Of a DNA stretch of 64,000 nt, positions 49,179 through 61,842 are shown piece by piece; the stretch's first letter is position 1; each line of letters begins with the position of its first letter. Location: NCBI RefSeq assembly GCF_035084215.1, contig NC_090329.1, positions 108,190,001 to 108,254,000 of the forward strand, in the 5' to 3' direction. The stretch is from Heptranchias perlo. Lineage: Eukaryota. The notes beneath the pieces are model-generated. The model was not told where the DNA came from and searched no databases. It saw only the letters and a program-made list of their open reading frames with translations. A program made the translations under genes and the position numbers.

Positions 49179-51269
49179 TTTTCAAATAAAACTGTTGGAC
49201 TATAACCTGGTGTAGTAAGATTCCTTACATTAGATTTAGGTAAGCGGAAGGTGTCCCTATGAAGGGAACATGTGCAATCTGTCTTGTGCAAACAGGAACC
49301 CTACCTATGTGAATTTCCGGGTAGCATTTCTCCAAGGGTTCTGCCAATCCTCTGCCAAAATTATGGCAGTAGATCATTAGCAACCACTGGAAATTCAAGG
49401 GACAGGAGTACAATCTCAAAATGTGCTAACAGCATAAAAGAAAGCGGTTTGGTATACCGTGAGAAGAACTAGAAAAAAAACAGGAGGATGTAGAGAGGTT
49501 AGTGGAATAAGCAGAGAGGTGGCTGATGCAATTTAATGTAGAAACCAAGAAATTTAAGATAGAAACTAACCAAACTTAGAGAGGATAAGACTTCGAGTCT
49601 GGATGGATTGCATCTGTGCATACTAAAAGGAGCTAGGGAAGAGATAGCAGAGGCCTGGAATGCTTTCCACAGGGAGTGGTTGAGACAGAGATCATTGCAT
49701 CTTTTAAGGGAAACATGGATAAATATTACAAGCATAGGAAGATACAGAACTATAGGGAGAGAGCAGGACAGACACAATGGCCTTCTTATATCCTGTAAAT
49801 TTTTATAGTTCTATGGACATTTTAGAGGTTGTGTAATTATGGTCTGGGACATAAAAGATACCAAGCCACTATTTGAAAAAGATCAGGGAGTTCTCCCCAT
49901 ATCCTGGAAACCATTCATCCCTTAACCATCATCATCAAAAAATATTATCTGATTATTTATCTCATTTGCTATTTGTGGGATTTTACTGTGCATAAATTGG
50001 CTGCAGCACTTGCCTACATAATAACAGTGACTGTATTTCGAAAGTAATTTGCTGACAGTGAGGTTCTTTGGGACTCCCTGAGATCATGAGAAGCGCTATA
50101 ACAATGCAAATTCATTCTTGTTAATCCTAGATTTGTCCCTTTGCTTGCTTGAAGTAGTAATTCCCCATCACATAGTCCCCTAATGCTGAGAGGAGGCAGG
50201 AAGGCTGGACATGGGCATTCTCTCATCAGCTGATGTGACTGATTGTTCCTCTTAATGTCTCAGCGAGTAAATGCTGAGGTTCTTAGGCTACAAGGTCCCA
50301 GGTTCAATTTCAGGTTTGTGCTGAGTTAGCTGATCTCAGCCAGGGCAGGAATCTGTGTATTTAGGAGATAAGGAAAAAACTAGAGGAGGGGGAAGGCCTA
50401 GCAGAACTGAAAATTGGTAAGAGGAAAAATTGACTGTATCAGTTTCCATCCTCGCCCATTTTGAGTTGGAGTCACCCACCATAAAGGGGTACCTTGGAAT
50501 TTAACTCGTCGCCATCTAATTGGGTACAAGGAGCTCCAATAGATGTTGTCCTGTCTCACTCACTGCTTAGTTCATTGTTTACAAGAAGGTTATACAACAA
50601 TGAAGTATACCACAACTGAGGAAGTCTGTTAGAGCATGAGCAAGGAGCCATGTTTCCTCCCCCAGTTTTATCTCCTCCTCTTCTGAATTTGGTGACTTAT
50701 GCTGGAATATGGTTAATGTGGACACTGGGCACCATCCGGTACCTCACCTAAGTGGCCATTTGTCATATGTGAAGTCTGACGGTGACTGCCGGCAACCTAT
50801 TTGACCGTATGGGAGTATCGCAGCAAGTCTGATACGGTCCTTGCCAAACATCAACATGCGCACTTTCCAGCAAAATCACTGGATATCAGTTAAAAGCGGG
50901 AATCAAGGCTAATTTCTCCCTTTCTAACCCAGGGAACAACTGCAGCACCCGTACAGCCATGCCAACCTGGGAAAGACCCAGCTTTGACCCCTGGTCAGTG
51001 CTGAATTAGCTGATTGCAGTAGAGCTATTACAGTTGGACTCAATATCTAGCCATTTCCTATTAAGGCTCAAGTATGAGGAATTGCCAGTTGGGCAGTTAT
51101 CAGAGAGCATCATGCACCCAGGGTCAACACCTTCAGGAAAAGAGTAGAGAAAGTTCAAAAAATAAAATGTGAAAAATTAACTGTATTCTCTAAAAACAAA
51201 ACTAGATATGCTAATAAAACAAGCAATAATGAACGTCTGGCAGTGAGTCTACAGCAGTAATTCAGCTTC

Positions 51270-51640
51270 AAAAGCAAAATACTGCGGATGCTGTAAATCT
51301 GAAATAAAAACAGAAAACGCTGCAAAAGCTCAGCAAGTCAGGCAGCATCTGTGGAGAAAGAAACAAGTTAATGTTTCAGGTCGAAGACCTTTCATCAGAA
51401 CTGGAAGAAGCACAAGAGTTAAAGTTTTTAAGCAAGTACAGAACCAGGGAAAGTGGGGGGGGGGGAGGAGGAGGGGAGGAAAGAACAAAAGGGAAGGTCT
51501 GTGATAGGGTAGAGGGCAAGAGTGATTAAATGACAAAAGGGATGATGGTGCAAGGCAAGGAGGGTGGTAATGGGACAAGTAAAGAAACAAAAGATCAGTC
51601 TAGAGTAGCTGTAAATGGCAACAGCAGAACCAGCTGCAGT
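51270..51640 (-). mobile_element. Penelope-like element 3' fragment with hammerhead motif (51366-51402)
   Basis: Minus strand reads AGUU-CUGAUGA-A-AGGUC(uuc)GACCU-GAAA-CA-UU-AACU, followed by gatgctgcctgacttgctgag...cagcatccgcagtattttgc. Confidence 0.75.
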
Positions 51641-54559
51641 CCAATAAAGAAAAAAGAATAAAATCCATCTTGTGGTTTGTGATATCATCAGACGTGCCAA
51701 ATATCTATTAACCAGCATGTATCCCACAAGTCCCAAAACCATACCTATAGAATAAGTTGTGTTTGTGTAGTGTTTTGGTCAACTCTGAACCCTTTCCAAA
51801 ATAAACAGCCATGCGTAAATGTGGCTTAGAAGTTGAAAAAAAAACATAAAATTAATTGTAGAGAATGAAATGAAGCTGTTACTTATTTTCAAATTCAGGT
51901 GTGTTTTATAAAGCCCTGCGTCATTCGGAGAATCTTGCTTGAAGCAAGAAATTTCTTTTGATAACTAATGTTGCCACTAGGGTCCTGTTGCTGATATGGC
52001 AGCACTTGAACAGTAAACACGGTTACTCTGCCGCACCTTTACAATAATCATTATTTTGAACAGATTTTCTCATCCCCACACCAACAAATTGAGAGGAAAA
52101 TTGTGTTACTGAGTCCACACAAAAAAAAATGTTTATTGGAAAATCACAACAGAATTAGTCACAAGAGCCATTGTTAGGTCAAGTGATCTGTTATCACAAG
52201 ATAGACGCAGATCAGGAAAGCCATTACTCTCATCTTAGATCACCCATTTAGAAAGAACCTACACTTCCCACATCACATCATCCATAAGCATACATATTGC
52301 TCTTTAATTTAGTTAGTTTTTTTGAGGAGAAAGACTTGCATTTATATAGCACCTTTCATGACCTCAGGACGTCCCAAAGCGCTATACAGCCAATGAATTA
52401 CTTTTGAAGTGTAGTCACTGTTGTAATGTAGGAAACGTCAGTCAATTTTGTGCACAGCAAGCTCCCACAAATGTGATAATGAAAAGATAAATCTGTTTTT
52501 AGGTGTTGGTTGAAGGATAAATATTGGCCAGGATACCGGGGAGAGCTCCCCTGCTCTTCTTCGAATAGTGCCACGGAATCTCTCAGTAATATACTGGAGC
52601 CTCAGCCTAGATTTTGTGCTCAAGTCTCTGGAGTGGGACTATGAATCCACAACCTTCTGACTCAGAGGTGAGAGTGCTCTGGATTACAGGGGATTACATT
52701 TTTTTGTCTTTAACATTTTTCATATTTTCTTCAGCAGTAAATGAACCAGCCCTCCCCAATCCTGGATTCCTGATATCCTTGGTTGTGAGGAAAGGATCAT
52801 CCAATGCAAACATCTGTACTTGGTTGATCCAGCAGGAGGTGCATTCGGATGATGTGGGAAGAAATCAAAGAAACAACCCAGCCAAGACAGACAAACTCAC
52901 CACACAGTTGGAGCCAGATATATGAAATCCAGTTGAAACCAATGTCTCAAAGTCTACAGTTTCACTCTTCTGGTGGTAAAATCACAGTGTAAGACAGTTT
53001 CAGCAGCAGGAGGGAGGTAAGTGGTAGCACAGCCACTTCCAGCTTGCTGCCTGAGGCCTACATGTGCTCTCTATGCCTGCAATTGAAGCAGGTTTTTGGA
53101 GCACTTTCCAGAACCACTTGCCTAATAAAAATATTTTTAATACAGTATTGTCTACTGCCGCAACAGGCTGAAAGAAACGTAGTTTATTTTTCTAAACTTT
53201 TTTTTTGCTTTCCCCCACATTCTTTTCCAGCCAATTTTCTCCTCCTTTCCTGAAGTCCCTGAGTCCTTGCAGGGGTACGGGTCCACAGGCAAAGACATGA
53301 TGGACTGGTTGCCCTCCTTCTGTGCTGTAAACTTCTGTGGTCCTATAGGCACTGAATGACTTCACGTTGCCGAGAGTCCTGTTCTTTGGCCTCCAATGGT
53401 ACAGTCACAATGGTGGCAAAAGTCCGGTCATTTGGAAACCGATCAAAAAGGTAGTTTAGTTTAAGTCAGATAGTTTGGAATTGCACTATTCACAGTGGTA
53501 AACAGATGAACCATGCAGTAATTCTGTTTTTTTTGCCACAGTAAACAAGGCCTGAGATTCAGACATCGATCTGCTTGTTAAGAATCTGATTCTGGTTACT
53601 GAGTAAGTCATTTCTGATTTGTGCACAGAGAATTCCAATATGGCATTTCACCCTGAGCAGAACATCCATACTGAATGGAAACAGATGGAATGTTACCAAG
53701 TGGTTAAATCAAACGAGCTGCTCTATTTATTGAATGACTTCACAAAGCAAACTCATTTAAAAATGGAGAAAAAAAAGCCAACAGTTAAACGTTAGACATT
53801 ATATTTAATAAGTGTTTGGCAAGTGTTGCATTTTTAAAATAATTGTTATATTGCTGTCCCTAATCACACTGAAGAAGAACCCTGCACAAACCAATGTGTG
53901 GCTTCGGTCAGCAAATTATGCTATCAAGCAGTAATCTTACGTTACACAAACAGTGCATAAATCAGCCATAACATAATGGTAAGGGCTCTTTAAGGTTAAT
54001 AAGTGTTAACAAATTTAAAGGTTACCTAATGGAGGAAAGGGCAGAAGGACAAGACCCACACTCTAAGTAACCTGTTGCCCAGGTGACATAGTGTTATGAA
54101 CACTGAAATTTCTTAGATTTGACATATCAACTGTTACACATTAACTACTGGCCAAATGATGCTGATTGCTCTATGATGACATCCCACTTTCTACTTAATG
54201 GTACCAGCGTTAAAAGATAGCATATTAGTTTTATGGTGGCTCCAGAGAAAAGTGCTTATTGCTGTGGCCTTGTGCTTTGTTTCCTACCTACGTGTTTTCG
54301 ACAAGTAAATAGATTTGTTTTTAAACTTTCTAGACAGATAAGTATGAAGTACGATTGTTGGAGATACACACAAGAGATGATTCATAGTGCACTGTGCATG
54401 TGATGAGTTGACTTGGCAGCAAAAAGTAACCTATTTGTATTATTCTTGCTCTGCATTATTCGACTTCTTGATACATTTGATGAATCAGGGTGCCATCAAA
54501 GTATTAAAAAATAAAGTCTTCAAACAAAATGCTGTTCTGCTAGATCCACAAATTAATCG

Positions 54560-55600
54560 AGTTACATCAATCAAGTTACATCAAAGCTACAGCACAGAAA
54601 CAGGCCGTTTGGCCCAACTGGTCTATGCCAGCGTTTATACTCCACACGAGCCTCCGCCCTCCCTATTTCATCTAACCCTATCAGCATACCCTTCTATTCC
54701 TTTCTCCCTCATGTGTTTATCTAGCTTCCCCTTAAATGCATCTATGCTTTTTGCCTCAACTATTCCTTGTGGTTGCGCGTTCCACGATTTTACCACTCTT
54801 TAGGTAAAGAAGTTTCTCCTGAATTCCCCATTGGATTTATTAGCAACTATTTTATATTTATGACCTCTAGTTTTGGACTCCCCCACAAGTGGAAACATTT
54901 TCTCTACGTCTACTCTATCAAACCCTTTCATTATCTTAAAGACCTCAATCAGGTCACCCCTCAGCCTTCTATTTTCTAGAGAAAAGATCCCCAGCCTGTT
55001 CAGCCTTTCCTGATAAGGATATCCTCTCAGTTCTGGTATCATCCTTGTGAATCTTTTTTGCACCCTCTCCAATGCCTCTCTATCCTTTCTATAATATGGA
55101 GACCAGAACTGTGCACAGTACTCCAAGTGTGGTCTAACCAAGGTTCTATACAAATTTGCTTTTCAATTCAGTCCCTCTAGAAATGAACCCCAGTGTACGG
55201 TTTGATTTCTTTATGGCCTTATTAACCTGCACTGCTACTTTTAGTGATTTGTTTATCTATATCCCTAGATCCCTTTGCTCCTCTATCCCATTTAGACTCT
55301 TATTATCCAAGCAGTATGTGGCCTCCTTATTCTTCCTATCAAAATGCATCACCTCACACTTATCTATATTGAAATTCGTTAGCCAATTACACGCCCATTC
55401 TGCAAGTTTATTAATGTCCTCTTGTATTTTGATGCATTCTTCCTTTGTATTAATTATACCTCCCAATTTGGTCCATTGCTAATTTTGAAATAGTACTTCT
55501 GATTCCTGAATCCAAATCATTAATGTAAATTGTGAACAACAGTGGTCCCAGCAACGATCCCTGTGGAACACCACTTCCCACCTTTGCCAGTCTGAGTAGC
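54560..55600 (-). mobile_element. CR1 LINE RT + 3' end
   Basis: [32 protein letters not shown] and YRTLVRPHLEYCAQFWSPYY motifs; 3' tail at ~54560-54610. Confidence 0.92.
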
Positions 55601-56084
55601 CTCAATGATATCACAGAAATTAAAAGTAATTTTGTGAGAGTGACACTCCCTCCTCCTTTCCCCATTTTTCATCTCATTGACTCCCTTCCCTGACCCGAAG
55701 GCAGAGTGTAATTCCAGAACACTCCAGTCGCTCTCCGGTACCTCGTCCGACTGACCATCCTTCCTCCATGAGTCAAGGTAGTGAGTGTCAGCAACCTATT
55801 TCATGGTGGGCATTCCAGCCAAGCCTGATCCTGCCCTCACCTGCATGTCCGCATACTTGCACTTGTTCAGCAGGGGTCACTCGGTAATGATTAGGAGTGG
55901 GAGATGATGGTTGTTCAGCATTGATCTCAAATTAGCACTGTTAATTTTCTTCAGGACCTGTCTAAAGCCTTGTGAAATGTAAACTTCATTATTAAAATAA
56001 AATGAGTGCTGTATTGTGGTTAATACTTCAGCCAGCAACTGGTGTCAAATTGAAGAACCAGTTATGCTGTTGAAAAACTGGTCG

Positions 56085-56498
56085 GAGGGACTTCAGTTAT
56101 ATGGAGAGACTGGAGAAGCTGGGATTGTTCTCTTTAGAGCAAAAAAAGTCAAGGGAAGATTTAATAGAGACGATCAAAATCATGAAGGGTTTTGATAGAG
56201 AAAATAACGAGAAACTTTAACGGTAATTGGCAAAAGAACCAGAGGTAAGATGAGAAGAATGTTTTTATGCAAAGCATTGTTATGATCTGGAATGCACTGT
56301 TTGAAAGGGTGGTGGAAGCAGATTCAATAGTAACTTTCAAAAGGGAATTGGATAAATACTTGGAAGGGGAAAAATTTGAAGGGCTATGGGGGGGAAGAGC
56401 AGTGAGTGGGACGAATTGAATAGGTCTTTCAAAGAGCCAGCATGGACACGATGGGCCAAATGGCCTCTTTCCGTGCTGTAAGTTTCTTTGATTCTATG
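56085..56498 (+). mobile_element. CR1 LINE 3' fragment
   Basis: SYMERLEKLGLFSLEQ and IWNALFERVVEADS motifs; attctatga tail. Confidence 0.85.
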
Positions 56499-57188
56499 AC
56501 AATTGTAGTTGCAATATGATATTTTATAAATAATTTATGTTAATAATAAACCCTTATGAAACAGACAACATGTAATGTTATTTAGCAAAAGAGCACCACA
56601 ATTGCAATGTTTCTATACATTTTTGTGACTCACAGGAAAAGTATACAGGAAGGTTCTTAATGCTACACAGAAATATTTTGAGAAAGGCCTTTCTGGAACC
56701 AGGAAACCGAAGAAGGTATCGTGAGGAGTTTGGTAAACAGAACTGTGCCAGGTGGAACTAAGCCAAGTGGTTTTTGTATTGCAGCACCAGGAAAATTGCT
56801 ACACTCTACACAAGGATAATAATTCATAGCGCGGTGAAATATAAGAGTATTACTGCAGGGGCAGACGCAGTCATATGCAATGAATACAGTGCCATACATT
56901 GTTTTTGCCGGGAGCACCAGTGTGATCAGTGGATCACCGATTCTAAAGTGGAAGGAAAATGTCAGCATTAAAAAGTCCATGAGTACGAATATATATATAT
57001 ATATATATATCTTAATGTCCCTGCAAGTCAGTTTGGGGCACAGGAACATCATGGTGCACAGTTGTGCTCACACACGTGCATTACTTTTGGACGGCTGTTT
57101 CACTCTGTTTCAGCACTGGTGCTCCGCCAATCACACCAAACATATTCTGTACAGCTAGTATATTTTATTTGAGAATATAATCTTATCA

Positions 57189-57346
57189 TGTTAGGGCTAG
57201 GGTTAGAATCAGAGTTAGGGTCAGATTTTGGCTTCAGTTTAGGCTAGTTTTAGGTCCGTTTTAGGATTAGATTTTGGCTTACAGTTAGGGTTAGAGTTAG
57301 ATTAAGGTTAAGGCTAGTTTTAAATTTTAGGTTAACTCAAGGTTAG
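57189..57346 (+). repeat. Degenerate interstitial (TTAGGG)n-like tract
   Basis: Run of ttaggg/ctaggg/ttagag/ttaagg hexamer variants over ~155 bp. Confidence 0.6.
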
Positions 57347-58087
57347 AAAGAAAGATTTGCATTTATACAATGCCTTTCACAACCTTAGGACATCTCAAAG
57401 CGCCTTACAGACAATGAAGTACTTTTGAAGTGTAGACACTGTTACAATGTAGGAAATGCAGCAGCCAATTTGTGCACAGCAATATCCCATAAACAGCAAT
57501 GATATAATAACGAGATAGTCTTTTTTAATATTGTTGGTTGAGGGGTAAATATTGGCCAGGACACCGGAGATAACTCCAGCGCTCTTCTTCGAAATAGTGC
57601 CATGTGATTTTATACATGCAAGTAGGAGGGCAGGCGGGGCCTCTCATTGCTGTTCGTGGGACCTTGTGTGCAAATTAGCTGCCATGTTTTCTACATTACA
57701 ACAATAACTACACTTCAAAAGTACTTCACTGGTTGTAAAGCGCTTTGGGACGTCCTGAGGTCGTGAAAGGCACGATATAAATGCAAGCCCTTCCTTCTTC
57801 AGAGCCTTCAGCGACCTGAAGGCTACTCTCTGGGACTCCCTCCCTAAACTCCTCAACCTTGCTACCTTTCTCTTTGCCTTCAAAAACCCTCTGCTAACCC
57901 ACTTTTGTTCACTGGTCCTAACTCTCCCACTAAAGCTCAGCGTGCATTTTATTAATCTGTGAAGTGCTTAGGGATGATTTTCCTACGTTAAATTTCTTAT
58001 GTTAAAAGTGCTATATAAATACAGGTTGCCATTGTAAAATATTGATGGAGCTCTTTATTATGAATGATTGTAAAAATCGATTGAATT

Positions 58088-58364
58088 CAAATGTGATGGA
58101 CTCTTACAGTAAAAAAGTGATGAACACGTAGCAAAAAGTGATGAACTCTCATGATAAAAAATAATGTACTCATAGTAAAATGTGATGGACTCTCAATAAA
58201 AAGGGACAAACTCCCTTAGTAAAAAATTGATGAACCTGTAGTAAAAAGTGAACTCTCACATAAAACGTGATGAACTCTAGTAGTAAAATATGATGGACTC
58301 TCACAGTAAAAAGTGATGAACTCTCGTAGTAAAAAAATGAACTCGCAGTAAAAAGTAATGAACT
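58088..58364 (+). repeat. Degenerate minisatellite, ~21-22 bp unit (aaaaagtgatgaactctcayagt), ~13 copies
   Basis: Recurrent gtgatg(a/g)actct...gtaaaaa units with no unique spacers. Confidence 0.8.
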
Positions 58365-58576
58365 ATCCCAATAATTCTGCCTGTCTGTCCTTTTCACCCT
58401 GAATATCTGATTACAGGTATGGTATTGACCAACCTCATATAAATTGACAGAAATGAATTTTTTCCTGCCACATTAAAAAATTTGCATTTATACAATGCCT
58501 TTCACAACCTTACCTCTTAAAGATGCAGGTGCACGTTTCAAATGGCAGGTACACAGTTTACTTGGAGAAGGGAAAG

Positions 58577-60420
58577 ATGGCCAGGAGGATAGTAGGACTG
58601 GCACGAGAGAGGGCTCCACACTTCTCCAATGATGCTCTGGAGGCCCTGGTGGAAGGTGTGGACGAAAGGACGGCCAACATGTACCCGCAGGGAGGCTGGA
58701 GACCCTCCAGACTGCAGATCTGCAGGCATTGGCAGGCTACGGTGCAGGAAGTCAATGCCAGGAGCATTGCACCACGCACGTGGTCAAGGTGAGTGAATGC
58801 AAGTGTCAAATGGTACATCCTACCAACTGCACCACTGCTCCACTGCTCCATGCATCACACTCCCTGTCACCCACCCACCAACAAACACTGCCCATCCATA
58901 CGCAATGCTGCACTCGGTGTGCTGCATCTCACCCGCACATAGTACCATACTTGCAGGCCACACAACCACCACTCACAAGTCACGCAAACTGGCAGCTATT
59001 TGACCATGACAGGCACATCACTCACACACCTTGCAGGAGACTCACTGACACACTGTCCTCTGTCTTGCAGGTGAAGGTGGCGCATAACAGCTGGCAGCAG
59101 GAGGGACCTGAGGGTGGACGGGCACGTTTACACATCCTCACCCCCCTAGGGGAGACAGTGCTTAGGATCATTGGGAGGGCCATCACAGCAGCCATCACAA
59201 CACGCCGCGCTGGAAGTCCCGGTCAAGGGGCTCTCTGCATATCTAATGCTCCTTCTCCTTTTCCACATCTCCCTCTTCCCATAATCTTTTCTGACTCACG
59301 TGCTGCAGATGCTGTCAGCACACACCTCTTACTTGCTCTTCTCCCCACTCCACAACTCAACCTGTTTCCCATCGTCATTGCAGATACCCAAGAATACGTG
59401 GCGGCACCGTCCGAGGAAGAGGAGGGAGACACTGAAGCCACACCATCACTCGATCTGACTCTTGCTTCCACCAACACAGAGACTGACACTGCGAACTTTA
59501 GAGGTTAGGTTAGAGGAGGGATCTGCACGTGGTGAGACACCGGCACAAGTGCACAGGAGCCGGGGCGGGGGGAACAGATACCACAGGTGCCAGCTTGCCG
59601 GAGGGAGAGGTCGCTCACTAGTTCTGCTGCAGAGGAATCAGATGAGGACTTCGATGGACCAGGCTACAGAAGACGGCTGATGGGCGTACACCACCAAATG
59701 CTTGGGGCACTGGAAAACCTGCCAGAAAGCCTGTGCACAATGAGAAGGGGCATGGAGGAGTCCAGCCCCAAATTGGCCCAGGGCTTTGCGCAGAGCTTGG
59801 AGTCCATCCTTTCCCACATGGAACGGGTGGTCACCTCCATCAGTGCACCTGTGGAACCCACCATGATTCAGCGTCTGATGACTGATGTCACAGTTTCCAT
59901 TGCAGCACAAACATCTGCCATCCAAGGTCTGACTGATGCATTTGGAGCTCAGACGGGGGCCTTGGAAGCTCAGATTGCTGCTATTGTGGGTCTGGGGACC
60001 ACTGTGGAATGGGGCTTCCAGGGCGTCACAGCACTCCAGCAATCCGTTCTCCAGCTGATCACCAGGATTGCTGAGGCGCCGCCCCGGGAGAGTGGCAGTG
60101 GCACCATGGCAGTCGGACCTGCTGTCCTCTCTCAGGACGACAGCCTTCCTGCTCCAACCCCTGCCACTCCACCAGTGCCCCTGCTGCCTCTCGGCCAGCC
60201 AGGCCAGGCTGCTGCAGCCCATGATGCGGTCTGAAGCCGGGCCCTCCAGGCCCAGAGCTACTCAAGGTCGTCTTCCAAGGCTATCTGCATGCTCCTCCAT
60301 TGAAGGTCAGCAGCCTTCCACCACCCATGCTCAGCAACTGGGGAAGCACCTCATAGGAGCACTAGGATAGGTAAAGGCACACGGACACAGGCACTAAGGG
60401 AATGCACAAGGGTGAATAGT
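58577..60420 (+). pseudogene. Harbinger Myb/SANT gene relic (exon 1 58577-58788, exon 2 from 59071, exon 3 from 59384)
   Basis: RERAPHFSNDALEALVEGV...WQATVQEVNARSIAPRTW, but the QCRKRFNDL helix is deleted. The exon-3 region has RRGMEESS, like RRMEESN of the intact copies. Frameshifts present. Confidence 0.75.
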
Positions 60421-60616
60421 TCTGTTATGTTTGCATAATTTCATTTCTTCATTGATAAATGAGACTTTGATTTTGAATTTGTTGGTGGTTTTTATTTATG
60501 CAATGAGCTGAGAGGGACACCAATCTGTAATCAGATGGAGGGCGATTTGATCGTCTTGTGGGAGCGGAAAGGTGGGGAGTGTAAGACTGTTGGTGAGTTG
60601 GGGGATGTAGTTCACA

Positions 60617-61842
60617 TTATTGATAGCGGGCACAGATCAGGCGAGCACGCAGAGCCTTTGCAGACAAGACGTGTGGTTCCTGTTGCACCCTTGCGTCTTC
60701 CACCACTTCCTCTTCCGGTTCCACCCCCTCCTCCTCCTCCTCAGCCTCTTCCTCCTCCTGTTCCTCTGCCTCTTCCTCCTCAGCCTCCTCCTCATCCACC
60801 TCTGGCTCAGGGTCTTCTCCAATCATTGGTTGCAAAGACTGGTCCATCATGATGGCAAGGTTTTGCAGCATGCAGCAGACCACCACAAATCTGCCTACCC
60901 ACTCAGGGGAGTACTGCAGGGCTCCTCCAGACCGGTCCAGGCAGCAGAAGCATTGTTTGAGGAGACCTATGGTGTGCTCTACAATGTTGCGTTTGACAGC
61001 ATGGCTCTCATTATAGGCCCGCTGTGCACGTGTGCATGGGTTCCTGACCAGTGTCATAAGCCATGGCGTGAGGGGATAGCCCTTGTTGCCCACTAGCCAG
61101 CCTTTGACTTGCCGAGTTGGGTGAAAGAAAGCTGGCACGTTGGACTGCCGCATGACGAAGGCGTCATGACTGCTCCCAGGGTAGCGGGCATCGACCTCCA
61201 TGATTCGATGCGTGTGGTCGCACACCAGCTACACTTTGAGGGAGTGGAAGCCCGTTCGGTTGACGAAGACGGCTGAGTTGATGTGCGGGGAACGCAGGGC
61301 AATATGCGTGCAGTCAATGGCACCCTTCACCATGGGAAGCCAGCAATGCGGGCGAACCCCCGTGCTTGCTCGTTCTGCTTGTCTTTTTCAAGAGGAAAGG
61401 TGATGAACCTGTTCCTCATCTGGTACAGTGTGTCTGTGACCTCCCTTATGCAGCAGTGCATTGCATACTGTGAGATGTTGCACTTGTCGCCAGCAGAGGC
61501 CTGAAATGCTCCTGAGCCTTAGAAATTCAGTGCCACGGTGACCTTCACAGCCACAAGCAATGCTGTCCTCGCCCTGCTCTGAGGCTGCAGTTGTGGCTGC
61601 ACCAGTTGACAGATCTCGGTCACGGCTTCCTTGGTGAACCTCAGGTGTCGGATGCAATCCTCCTTGGTCACGTTGAGGTCAGAGAATTGATCTCTGAAGG
61701 CCATCACTGGGTAGGGCCTCCTGCTCAGTGCCCTGTGCCTCCTCGTCCTCCGTCTCCCGACAGCTTGACCTGCTATGCGTGGTCTCTCTGCATGTTCCCA
61801 GTCATGCTCAATGCCCAGCGGGAGCCCTAGCAGACCGCCCAT
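60617..61842 (-). pseudogene. Harbinger DDE transposase pseudogene
   Basis: ORF pieces 61519..61842 (LRFTKEAVTEIC, VAVKVTVALNF, then stop) and 60617..61225 (YPGSSHD, GNKGY with the catalytic D changed to N, RNIVEHTIGLLKQCF). Confidence 0.88.

Larger units (their letters stand above)
48922..49230. mobile_element. Penelope-like element insertion made of inverted terminal repeats, 12-bp TSD TAGATTTAGGTA
   Basis: Arms 48958-49088 and 49101-49231 are near-perfect reverse complements. TSD at 48910-48921 and 49231-49242. Each arm has a minimal hammerhead motif. Confidence 0.88.

Noticed and set aside
51428-51742. Hydrophobic 104-aa ORF with an upstream AG
   Set aside because: Most of it is Penelope-derived sequence; no recognisable homology or donor site.
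58088-58364. CRISPR-like array
   Set aside because: Units are contiguous and degenerate with no unique spacers; eukaryotic context and no cas genes. It is a minisatellite.
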